Shown: piece after piece, positions 26,540 through 38,609 of the stretch
How positions within the stretch are numbered: the first letter of the stretch is position 1
How the letters are laid out: each line of letters starts with the position of its first letter
From: Lingula anatina
Lineage: Eukaryota; Animalia; Brachiopoda
NCBI GenBank assembly: GCA_051362555.1
Contig: CM120643.1
Span: forward strand, 21,270,848 to 21,334,847
Length of the DNA: 64,000 nucleotides
Reading direction: 5' to 3'
Program-made: the position numbers and the translations under genes
The notes under the pieces: model-generated
What the model saw: only the letters and a program-made list of their open reading frames with translations
Databases searched by the model: none
Told to the model about the DNA's origin: nothing

Positions 26540-26617
26540 AGTACTGATAGTCTTCTAAATTTGCATACATGAGACATGCATATCTCATGTATGTAAATTT
26601 AGAAGACTATCAGTACT
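26540..26617. repeat. 78-bp near-perfect palindrome (hairpin/MITE-like)
   Basis: agtactgatagtcttctaaatttgcatacatgaga-catgcata-tctcatgtatgtaaatttagaagactatcagtact: 35-bp arms with a single G-T mismatch. Confidence 0.9.
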
Positions 26618-27837
26618 AATAAATTAATGGTTCACTACATACTGATTCTGAATATAATTACTGCGCTGATATCACCACGTGCACGCACAGGGTGATATCA
26701 GTCCCATGGTAATCATTAAGTACTGTTTAAACATACAACCTTGATGCTTTACTGAGCCTTGGACATACAGTGTATATCGTTATTATGTCCAAGACCGAGC
26801 GAAGGTCTCTGTCGTGATAGTCTTCATTACAGCTATCAATATGGCAATAATTTTTTACTTGGTCAAGCGCTAAGGTCGACACGACAGAATGACTATTATC
26901 TTTATGGCCGATGAAACTGTCCCACAACTGTCACACAACAATAGGTGCGTTGCTGAAATAATACATGGACATAAATTACGATGATAAAGATAGCCCGTGA
27001 CCAAAAAAGATGCACGCAATAACAGCCACATACTGTATAAATCTAACGGAAGACTTAAATGCGATGTTGTTATGACTACAAAGCATGTTGCAGGATTAAA
27101 AACTTTTATCGCTTTTAAATATCTTATATAATGTAAAAACTTATTTACGTTAGATACCAATAGAAACCATTGTAAGTAGTTATGTAAAATCGATCTCCTT
27201 TAACTATTTTTCGTCGTATCTGGGTATCAACTACCTGATCGCAGAGACGATATTTAACTGACGAATATTAACTGCCGGCTTTGAGAAACAATTTCATATT
27301 TACCGATCACGTATGCATGAGGCAGTGTAGCTGTTTAAGTACTGTTTCGCTGCAGAAATTATCAAAGAATGCGCTAATTTAAACGCTCATTAAAAGGAAT
27401 TTTAAACTTTAAAATTCAAAATTCCAGGCCACTGCTACTTTTAACTCCCCAAAATGCATAGTATCCACACGTATCGGCAAGCTTCTCATTTAAACATTTT
27501 GAACTGCATGTGTGCTTAAAAGCGTAAACAAAATTACACGACATCAAATGCACATATTTTTGCAACCGAAAGTTGCCACCGTCAATTTTGCGCTGTAACA
27601 AGTGCGCCTCCTGTTGTGGCATTACACCGGTTCAGTGAACATACTTTTAAAGAGACCAAGGCCCCTTAGCTGTAAAGCATCGCGCAAGCGTCTTGATTCC
27701 ATAACTCGCCCATACTCGCCCTACATAATTCATTGTAGCCTCTATGTGATATCGCTCTTCGCAATACGTGATGCTTTCTAGTTACGGGGCTAAAGACACT
27801 GTGTAGAGCATAAGATTTGCCAGGGGAAGGACCAAGT

Positions 27838-28309
27838 ATGGTTGTTCCTGCGTTGTCGTGCATTTATGCCTGCATGCTATTCAATCCAGGTAAGCTATCG
27901 TAAAGCTAGGTCGGGGACTTCGTTTTCTGCCCAATGCACCTTAAGACCACGACGAGGAATGGATCGAAAGGGACGGTGACTTAATTCCCCCGCATGCATA
28001 TTAAATTTGATAAAAAGAAAAACAATGATTTAATTTGATACATACAGAGCTAATGAAACTGTTTTCTCATCAAAGTTGAATGTCATAAGACCACATGTCA
28101 TGAAAGTTTTGATGATAACAATGATCAATATATGAAAGCGTGGGAATAGTCCCTTCGTCGCTCTGAAGCCCATGATTAGTCCCTCGATATACTGGACTTG
28201 ACAGAGAATAAGCAGGCAATGCTCAGTCTTACAAAGGTACTTGCAGTCGATAGTTAATTTAGAATCGAAACTATTGTCTTCTCTTCTCGAGGACATATGT
28301 GTGTAGGTT

Positions 28310-28347
<38 letters not shown>

Positions 28348-31300
28348 TTTGAGGTGCATTTTTTAAAACAGTGTACCCTTATATGTGAGCTGCTTTTAAA
28401 TTACCTGAGTACAAAGTACATGTAAATCGCTGCCATACTATTTATTCGACCCAGTAAACAACAAAAAACATTTTTCATTGTTATATTTTGCGTATTACGC
28501 AATAAAGCGTTCACCTGCGGGTTGCTACTCATCGGTGGGAAGCACAGATTGAAAAGAGGTCTAAATTTCCTACAGAAGCACTGAGTATTGAAACCACATA
28601 TTTTTTCGTCTCCGCTTCATAAACTGTGAGTTGATTTTTTCCTTATTTGGTGATAAATAGGGCGATTATTAGAACACAACAGAGTTGTCGTGTAGACCCC
28701 TTTTAAGTGACGTTACTACATTTTCAGCCTGAAAATTTTCCTGAAATGGAAAGTTAAATATCTTTAAAACTGATCACTGAAATGGGATGTAAAATGTCTT
28801 ACACATTTGATATTTTAAAGATACTATTGTGTGAAGAGATCGGTCTAAGAATCTGTTTTCTGGTCGCCTCTAATAAAAATGCTCCCACCTGAGAACTCGC
28901 ACTGAAAGCTGCTATAAAGGGGTAGCGTGTCACGTCACGAGCAACTTTACTTGCAAAATAGGCCCAGGATGCCCTATATCAAGGCCATATTAATTACATG
29001 TATGTGCACTTCACAGTGTAGAAATGTGCTATGAATTAGCCAGAAACATATCTGTGAATATCTAGTGAAAAATTGATCTGTGGCCCTCGTAGAAGGTACA
29101 AGTAGGCCCAGGGGCTGGTATCACAAAATATCTATAGCCAGAAAGTAGGTCTAATTTTAAGACCATAAATTTGATCTATTTCAGTTCAAGATAAATGCAT
29201 AGTAGTTAAATAGCATGAACGTTTTTTTTTTTTATGAAACAGGGACACTATTCCACATTCCAATCAATGAAGACGGTTGAATCTATTCTTTTGCACACAA
29301 ACCCTATGTTCTTCCACCGCTTTAAACTCCACGCAAACTTGCTTTGAATCCGTTATATTTGTCAGATATATCTACGCCGTCCGAGTTTTTGGGTATACAG
29401 AAATGCCTGCAGGATTTTATTGGACCATCGCCGATTGTCCAACTAGAGTCCTTTACTAACTGGGAGAAACTCGTCAGTTATGATCACGTGTTCGTGGCGA
29501 AACCAAAGTCAGCTGAGGAGGTATGTGCATTATTTTCATCTGACGTCATGATGTTTTAACGATCATAGAAACCGTGGTTTATTGATTCTATCCGCCCTTT
29601 AGGTTTTTAATTTGAGCTTTGATACGATTACGTAAAATTGTAACTGACTGAACACACATTTTAAATATTTATATTTTTTAAGCCCCAACATTTAGATTCC
29701 GCATTGTATATATTTTCGATTTCAGGTATGCAACGATGATTTTTAACTCGTATAAAAGATAGGCAATGCATTAACTCCCTTTGCTTTAGGTTTCATAGAT
29801 GTGTATATCTTTAAAAGCCAAAATGATATACTGGGTAATGATGTAATAATACTTTAGTATGGAACTTTCTTTTAACTATTGCATTTTATACTTGAGTGTC
29901 GTATTGTAAAAATTATTGACTGACAATGACCATTAAGACTTACCTAAAAATTCCAAAACATACATGTACATTAACCTCCTTTATTGTAGTTCTTAAAAAC
30001 ATAAATGCCGTTTAAAGAAGGTATGACATGCATGATGATTATGCAACTAGTGTTAATAGCTTTAGGATTTTATTTTTCTGCTATAGGTACAAAGAACGGT
30101 GCGTGCTGCTCTGCAGTGCCGGCGACAAGTGCGCGGCGTGGGAAGCGCGCATTCATCTGAACCTATTTGGGCCGACCGTGGGCATATCAATTTAAATATA
30201 ACACAACTGATACTTGATGAAGGAAAAAGGATAATTCTTCATCCGGAGGTGAGTGCTAATGTGTTTTATTCCAGTTGTTGATTTGTCTTTTGAACACATT
30301 CATCACGGGACAAACCCCTGGATATTCCATCTAAGGATCCAGGGACCGATTTCACCAAGGAAATTTAGACCGAAGTTGGTCTCTTAAAACCAAAATTGAA
30401 GGCGTCTTCAATTCAGGAAAAATAACCGCGTTTTAGTACCTTCGTTGCTATAAAGTAATCATTTTATACCACTGCAGAGGGATATCTATGTGTAAAATTG
30501 AGACTTGCTGAAGTTTTGTTTCTTGTGAAAAAAAAAGGTCCTCCTTGAAAGCTGTCTTTATCATGTCATTTTACAAACTAAATCAACCATTTAAAGTTAT
30601 TACATAGACTTTCAAAATGGTGGATAAAATAGCCTGAATAAATGTCAGTTTCTGCCATACATTGACAAAAAGAGCTCATGTACATGTATAATAATCTTAA
30701 AACTGTCAGCTTGTATGCCGCTCAAAAACGTCCCTCGAAATTCACTACTATTTTTCGTGTGGTGCCTGCATTGATGTGAAATAAAAATGTTGAAAGCCCT
30801 TGATCTTGATCTTTTTCTGTTGTCATCATTTAAGCTTCGCAGACTACCTTTCAATGAGCACACTATTTCGTGTGATGCTGGCTTTGATGTGAAATATCCT
30901 GTAACAATTTTCAGTTGCGATATCCTGGGCTTTAAAATCCCACTTCCTCTAGATCTTTTTTTTTCTGTTTTCATCATTCGAGCTTGGTAGACTACCTTTC
31001 ATTGGACACAAGGGATTATATACACATGTATGTACGTGGTATTAGTCAGTTGGCAAGTTGTTATGGGCTACATAACAATTACAAGAAAGTTGAACTTTAA
31101 AGACGAAAGTACATGTTCGTAGAGTTTATTGATAATCATGGATGGCATTTGTCTCTTTCACGCAAAGCACGCTTAAAATAATAGATGATATGCGTTTTTG
31201 AAGGTGATGCTGTTATCCCAGACTTACATGTACTAGCAAGTATAACGCTCGATTTCACTTGTATGTAGGCCTACATTGTGGAAAGGGCATAAAATATAAC

Positions 31301-34300
31301 GATATGCTTACGTTTTAAAACCATCCATCTTCAGTTATTCTGTTCCAGAAATCTTTGAGTTCTTCCTACGTCTTTTTACTGGGTTTTCAACAGAAAGAAT
31401 AAATAGCGCATTGTTTGTTTTTGACGTAAACAATAATGTCTTTTTAATTTTGTATTCAACATACAGTGTAATTGTGATTAATTCTATATTGTAATAATTT
31501 TATATTATTAATAAAAATAACAATACATTTTGTTTTAAAACCATCCTTAGGGGACGCAGGCATTGGACGGCACAGTCAGACCATTCTCGTCGGTGACAGT
31601 GGCTGCTGGAGTTACGCAGGGAGAGTTGATAAGTGAACTGGAAAAACAGGGTTACGCCTTCCCGCCAGGACCCCTCATCTATGACACTACGATAGGGGGC
31701 GCTATTGCCACGGCATCACATGTAAGATATGAGTTAATTACATGATGCTGCCTTTTATAAGTTTGGCTTCAGTACAGAAATGAATTTATGTATTTATTAA
31801 TTTATCGTATACGATGCACGTTAGTCATTTATACATTTCATATTTCTCTATCAACATTACAAGAGTTAGAAACTCAGAACTCAAATACGGGTTGATGTAA
31901 TTTTTGTGCATTTTGGGGATTTTATTTGGACTTTGTGTATTATATTGGCAATTGTTAAACCCAATATATATGCAACAAATGCTATCAGAGCCCACTATTT
32001 TAGAGTATGGTGTCCCTCAGGGGTCTGTGCTAGGTCCATTGCTCTTATGCTACCAATAGAAGACATTATAGTTAAACATGGTCTCAACACTGTCATTTTT
32101 GCTGATGACACTCAAATTTATGTCACAAGTGAAAGTAATCGCTCCATGGCTATCACCTCAATAGAAACTTGTCCAGTTGAGATCCGGAATTGGATGAAAA
32201 CAAACATGCTAGCACTAAATGATGGAAAAACTGAACTAATATGGTTTACATCAAGGTCTAAGTCAGACAGTGGAAATGCAATGAAATCTGATATTTGTAT
32301 CGGTGGTGTCAATATCAATCCATCTAGCTATGTGAAAGATTTAGGTGTCACCTTTGATCAGTATGCAACTATGGATAGACGGATCTCTGAAATTTGCAAA
32401 TCGGCATTATACTCACTTTGGCGAATTAGTAAGATACGTGACTTACTGGACAAAACTTCAACTGAAAAACTAGTCCATGCTTTCATTACTTCTAAGCTTG
32501 ATTATTGCAACAGTCACTTATATGGTTTAGGCAAAAATCATCTGAACAAACTTCAATTAATTCAAAATTCTGCAGCTAGGCTGGTAACTAAAATGGGATG
32601 GAACAGCCGAGAGCATATAACACCTGTTTTGATGGAACTTCACTGGCTTCCAGTAAGAGAGAGAATTTTATTTAAAATTTTATGTGTCATTTTTAAAGCA
32701 GTCACTGAGAATAAACCACTTTATATCTCAGAACTTATGAAGCAACATCAGCATGGAAGAGTTACCAGGTCTTCAACTTTTAGTCATTTACTTTTAGAAC
32801 ACAGTGTCTTAGAGAAAAAAGCTGGTAAATTTTACGGTGAAAGGGCATTTATGATATATGCACCCAAAGTTTGGAACATCTTACCCTCTGAAATACGAGC
32901 AGCAGGTGACATAGATACTTTTAAAAAGCTTTTGAAGACTCATATTTTTAGAATAGACTATCAGTAACTATCATATAGTTAATTTTAGTTTTTAATAAGG
33001 TGTACTGTAATTTTATGATTAATTTTAAATGTTGTCACTTTAGTTTCTTATCATTTTAGAATATGAATAATTGGTTCTTTAAATTAGTTCTTAGTCCTTT
33101 AAAATTGTAATGTGTTCTTATATTAGTATTGTGTTATTTAGCTCTTTTAAGTGAATGTTGTAAGGCGCATTGAGATTTTTAATGGAATGCGCCATAGAAA
33201 AATAAATTATTATTATTATTAACTTTTGCCCACTTGCCGGTTTAGTGGGACCCATGTAGACCACATGGCCAAGCCCAAATGGTGTGGGTGTAAGAGGTGA
33301 TCAGTAAACTGACTCCAGTGCTGACCTCCAATTGGGTCACCAGGTACACGTAGTATATTTCACGAACAATTCTTTGTCATGATACAATATTTTAATATTT
33401 TCATTGGCCTCGGATCCATTTTTCATCTCTTCACATAGAATGCTATCAGTAATGCACCATCCATTGGTGGCTTCATGACGAGAGCGCGGCTGGTTGATGG
33501 ATGGGGGGACGTCAGAGAGTTCAGCCAAGACACAGACATCGATATTATGAGAGCGTTAAGATGCAACCTTGGGCTTCTTGGGATTCTTTTTGAAATTGAG
33601 CTTAGAGTAAGTGATTCTAGCGATTTCTAGTTCTCTTACTACCGTTCCCAAATACCGGTCCAATTCCAAGATTGAAAATGTTGCCATGTTCGTCAGATGA
33701 ACTTAAAGGCCTACTATGTGTATATGATTATGGCAACACTTTTAAATAAACGTAAGAAGCCTAGTTTGAAGGAAGCGCCAGGAATGGAAAATCTGCCAGA
33801 TTATACAATAAATCATATTTGTTACACGATGTACACAAATCTTGATCGAAGACCTTCATGCGTGCAAGGCAATAAAAATCATTTTGAAAATAAAGAAACA
33901 CCCCGATGCAGTGCAGATTTTTATCGGCTCTTACATGTACCATGAACATTTCATTACAATTTATGAAAAGCTTGTTTAAGATGATATTACCACAAAGAAA
34001 CTAGGTCCATGAAAACATGAACTCCTTCGATGGCGGAGTTAAAATTCTATCGTTGACTATCAAAAATAACCATTGGAAACTACAGTAAGTTGTCTCAAAG
34101 GGAGCGTTTAGACAAACCATCGTACTAGCTGCAATACCCAACTGCCAGACTCGGCACCGAATGATCCTGAATTCACCAGTAGATCGGACCACACTACCCG
34201 TTTTCAAGGTGTGTATCAGTACATGCTTCGAAGTATCAGACACGACACCACTCTTGCCTAGTACGCAATGTGATAGTGATGATTCTCAGCAGGGTTGGAA

Positions 34301-37230
34301 AGTAGTGCATCTCATCTCAAAAATTTGTTCCGGGGTATGATACTGTGAAATGCGTACTGACGCACACCTTGAAAACGGGTAGTGTGGTCCGATCTACCGG
34401 TGAATTCGGGATCATTTGGTGCTGAGACTGTTAGTTGGGTAGGCCTGAGCTGGATCGATCCAACTCTATGGGAGATTCACCCTAAGTACAATCACTGTAA
34501 TCAGCTTAAATTTCTGACACGCCTCCCCGAGTTCCTAGGGGGTAAGCTTACTACTCTGAATGGACTTAAGCGAGAATCCCCAGCAGAGATGGATCGATCC
34601 AGCTGTTACGATGTCTGAATCTGAACGTGGTCTGAAGCATCCTATTACTATTATGGCTATAAATTTATCTAGGTTGTCCCACAAGAGGACGTCATCATTC
34701 GGAACGTATTCACACCAATGAGGAACCTGTTTAACCCGGACTTCATCCGTGACACAGTACTAGACAACTACCTGACATTTGCGATGTACGCTCCGTACAA
34801 CTCACTGACAGCAGAAGAGGCTAAGGTGATCTCTGTTACGGGGAAGGTTCCGCAATCCTGGAATAGTGCCAACGACTTGGTGATGTTGAAGTAAATTTTG
34901 GCTTAAACCACATTTTAACCAATTGGCCTCTCTAGACCACTTATTTGTTTCCCATGGAATATTAAATTCCTAACTCTGGTGGCTCCTACTTAATACCATG
35001 CTCTGATGACGTCAGAATGTCAGAAATCTATCTCATTTAATTTGAAATTTTAATTTTACATACGTTAGAATTATGAATTTTACTCTTCATTATGTAAAAT
35101 CCACTAGAAGAATATCGCTACTTTAAAGCTTTTTTCGTGGAGATAAGTATTTGATTTCACCTACCTATCAGAAAATGTAAAATTGCCAGAATATTATTTT
35201 CAGAATGGTTTGAGTGTATTGTAAATTTTCAGAAAAAACGAACCGGTGTATATTGATTTATAATAGATCTATCAAATTTAAATATCGTTGCTAATAATTA
35301 ACACTATTATGCAAAATTGCTTATTTTGATCTCAAATACGTTTTAGGATGAAATGTATGGTTTTGATGAAAATGGCTTCCTTTTTTATTTCTAGGCTTAT
35401 TAAACCAGCCTCTGGTTCCGTGGAGTTTACTGTAGACGACGAAAGACCCCAATATCTTCCAAACATTACAAAGGTGTCTGTGAGTCAGGTGTGTTCGTGC
35501 ATTATCTCCTCTTTCAATGGCGGATAAGGTGGAAGTGCACACAGCAAGCCCCCCCCCCCCCTCCCCCCCCCCCTTATCAGCGGAAGCATCCTCCTCCATA
35601 AATTAAGGTACATCAAGCGAAACGAAGCAAAATCAAGCAATTTTGTTATATTTTATTCCTTTCCTTTACATATTAAAGTAAGCTGTCCGGCCTGTCCACG
35701 TCTACTGGTTTACATTTGCCGAGCGAGGAAAGGCAAAGTGCTTCTCTCTATGTGCCCTCCTTAGCAAAATCCTGGAACTGCCAGAGCTATTATAATACCA
35801 ACCTGTGTTTTAGAGCCGATGCGTCATTCTTAAATCTCTAAGCATGTCTGTATCGCGTTTGGTCCTCAGTGGCCACAAAAGTCGGCTGACTTGCCTGCGC
35901 GTCTGTGGTTGGCGTGGCAAACTTAAACTTGCTGCTGTCAATGAGTTTGCATGTAATGTACCCTCTGATGCCGCAGGGGCCTCCAAAGTAGTACACAAAA
36001 TTTAAATTTACCTATCACCCCCTCTGGTGTGCTAGTTGGTCAGATCCTCACCCCTCGAGGGGGTGATAGGTTGTCACACCTATCACAACCTCATTCCCTG
36101 ATGAAGTCGGACTGCAAGCAGACGAAATATTGGTTGGTAAGACCAGACAAATATAAGTAGCTATAGCCAAAGGATTTTCTCAAGTCTATTACAATAACAT
36201 AGCTAATGAAACTGTTCTTCATTATTTTAGGATGCGTTCAAAATCCAGTTAACTTTCCCTGCTCACGCCGAGTTGCCACTCACTCAAGCCATACAAGTCC
36301 CAGCCTCTTTTATCTCTCTAGCGAAGACCATAGAATACATGGTGAACGACCCGACTTTCGCCGCAGGAGCGAAGGCTCTTCGGGTAAGACACGCTGTTCG
36401 GTGGTGAAAGATGTTGGAAGACTTAATGAAAAACGATAACTCTTCAATCAAGAGCTTCATAATGTTATAAATATAAAAAGGATATCATTGTATGGAATAA
36501 CACATACAATGTTGAATATACAGTATATAGAATATGATAGGTAAATGCATAATATGTACATGCGAACGACAGCCTTGGAATCATCAAACGCCTTTCTTTT
36601 GTACATTATTTACGACAAATACACAACCTTTATATACAAATAGAATATATCGAATGCAATGGCTCATGATTTTGATACATTTCTCATGTGAGAGACTATT
36701 TGCCCAAAGATAATCCTTAACCTCCAATAGTAGTGAAATATTTTACAATTAAAGAATCTGAATATCAGATTTCGACCACAATGGCCTTTTTTAATATCAG
36801 ATGTGAACCACTGCAAAGAATAAAGTTTTCTTTGAAAAAAAAAAACGTAATTATACAATTATACACCTCCAGGTTCTATCTTCGTATCTTAACGAAGCAT
36901 CTTACCGGAATGGCGTACAGGCGATGGAGGAGGGCATCTTTAAATGGTTCAAGGGAACCGACTGCCTCATCTGCCCTGGTTCGGTACCATTGGGGTGGAG
37001 TAAACAAAAGCAGACAGTGGATCACAGCTACTTCTCATCCTTCCACGTGCACAGACGTCCGGGTCCTCCGGATCATGTAAGGCAAACTAATAGATTCCAA
37101 TCAGAGGTATGTTTTACTCAAAATATGGCTAATTTAAAACGTTTAATCTGTCACAAACGATGAGCATAGTTACATGTTATACGCAAATACTTGCAACAGT
37201 CCTTAACACTTTTTCATCACACACCACCAC

Positions 37231-37265
<35 letters not shown>

Positions 37266-37599
37266 TCTTAATTTATACCATCGACGGAATACAGTTTTTT
37301 TCTATTTTGTCATCTTAACGAGATATGATATGCCATACCAAAGCAATGTAACTTCTTTTTAATTGTCGTTGTGGTTTCAGATTGTGACGGCGTGGGATCA
37401 GAACGGCCTAAATGGATTACCACACTGGGGGAAAGGATTCCTGCATTTCCCATCCCTAAAACAGCGGATCAGAAGAGGCTACGGCTTCGACTTAACCATT
37501 TTCAAAATCATCAGACAAACACTTGACCCCTTGGGTGTGTTCACAGACGATTTACTGAGACGCGTTTTTGACATATACAGTTATTCTTTTTTTGGTTGA
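27838..37599 (+). CDS. FAD-linked oxidase, L-gulonolactone oxidase/ALO-like, paralog 4 (complete, most divergent, ~541 aa)
   Basis: Exons 27838-27889, 29366-29520, 30087-30248, 31551-31721, 33439-33606, 34673-34890, 35395-35488, 36231-36383, 36873-37106 and 37381-37599, all GT-AG, 1626 nt in frame with the same phases as paralogs 2 and 3. Motifs: VRGVGSAHS, TIGGAIATASH, NLGLLGI, GLPHWGK, LDPLGVF. Confidence 0.9.
28312..28346. repeat. (TG)n microsatellite
   Basis: Direct inspection. Confidence 0.95.
31975..33220 (+). mobile_element. 5'-truncated L2/CR1-group LINE (reverse-transcriptase C-terminal half plus 3' UTR) in intron 4 of paralog 4
   Basis: YGVPQGSVLGPLL (~32005-32047) lies in a different frame from the downstream FADDTQIY, LNDGKTELI, LVHAFITSKLDYCNS, LHWLPVRERILFKI and FKKLLKTHIF (stop 32967), indicating one frameshift. 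The 3' end gtaaggcgcattgag...tgcgccatagaaaaataa(att)n is typical of L2-group LINEs. Confidence 0.92.
34137..34439. mobile_element. MITE with ~100-bp terminal inverted repeats and TA target-site duplication
   Basis: TA|cccaactgccagactcggcaccgaatgatcctgaattcaccagtagatcggaccacactacccgttttcaaggtgtg... is mirrored by ...cacaccttgaaaacgggtagtgtggtccgatctaccggtgaattcgggatcatttggtgctgagactgttagttggg|TA. Confidence 0.85.
34448..34604. mobile_element. Second small MITE-like inverted-repeat element adjacent to the first
   Basis: agctggatcgatccaactctatgggagattc ... gaatccccagcagagatggatcgatccagct (~30-bp imperfect TIRs). Confidence 0.65.
36091..36160 (+). ncRNA. Hammerhead-ribozyme-like core (type I topology, Penelope-like), probably degenerate
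   Basis: CTGATGA at 36098, stem II GTC...GAC, GAAA, and stem III ATAT(TGGTT-GGTAA-GACCA)...ATAT followed by A (cleavage triplet AUA). Stem I pairing is poor. Confidence 0.5.
37231..37264. repeat. (TAT)n microsatellite
   Basis: Direct inspection. Confidence 0.95.
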
Positions 37600-38609
37600 T
37601 TTAGAATAATGCAACAAGCATAAGATGCCTAGGCAACCATTCATCATATGTTGGCACGAGAATATTAAAAATCCAGGCATTATAAATACACCTCGTTTTG
37701 CATAAACTGGTGCGGTTTCTTTTCATTGCCACAAAATAAAAACTCTTAAACAGTACAAATAAGTGAGGTATGTTCGGCAAATAAAACCTCAGTAGAATAA
37801 TTAAAAGATAACAGTTTCTGTGCAAAACAGATTTATATAAATATAGTAAAATAAAACCTTTAAAATAACAGATCAATTTTGAGTTTGTGTATGTGATGAA
37901 GAAAAAAATATAAGAAGTTTAAAATGTGCTTGAAATTCTGGCCATGGGATTGTCAGAGGGACCCTTACCAGAGGAATAAGATACAGGAATGATCAATCTT
38001 TGTGTCCTCGGAAAATTATTGATTCTTAAAACGCTGAGTAACATAACCCATTTTCATGCCAAAACACCCTTTACTGATGATAGTTCAAAACACCACTACT
38101 CTTCAAAAAAAATATCCACTTACTGAGGATGTTACTTTCAAAATTCTTTCTTCGGCCAACTGATGATCAGACATTCAGACATGGAAGAGTACATGAGCAA
38201 TAAATCTAAATCCAAACTAAATCCTAACAAGCCCTCTTACAGGACAATTAGATTTTTACATTCACTATCCAATAACAATTATCCTTTCATCACTCCTTGC
38301 ACTCGTTAAATTGCGTCACACGTCACGAACTTAGTCGATGTCATTTGAGTTAATGCACATTATTTTGCGAGCGATAAAAAGAGCTGTCCTTATCATTCTA
38401 AGACGCATCAGGGACTCAAACTCTGCCATCGACGTACGGCAAATAACTGAGGTATTTTACGTTGTAAGTGACTTCCTCGGTGAGCTGTTTGATACCAATT
38501 TCTCTCAGCGTAAGCTAAGTACAGGAAGTCTTGTGAAATATACGTACATGTAGCCCTACTTGTTTTGCCTTTCGCGTAAACGTATCTCTTTAATTGCTTA
38601 CATTGCATA

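Noticed and set aside
31906-32967. 353-aa ORF with an apparent signal peptide fused to a reverse transcriptase
   Set aside because: The hydrophobic N-terminus is intronic read-through upstream of a frameshift (YGVPQG is in another frame). It is a truncated LINE, not a domesticated or secreted RT, nor a retron or DGR system.
35001-35030. CTGATGA...GAAA as a second hammerhead
   Set aside because: No stem II closing pair and no stem III; it is a ctgatgacgtcag CRE-like palindrome.
8975-37599. Assigning the symbol GULO to the oxidases
   Set aside because: Family membership is clear but orthology is not: the E-x-R motif and membrane segment are missing and there is a novel N-terminus.
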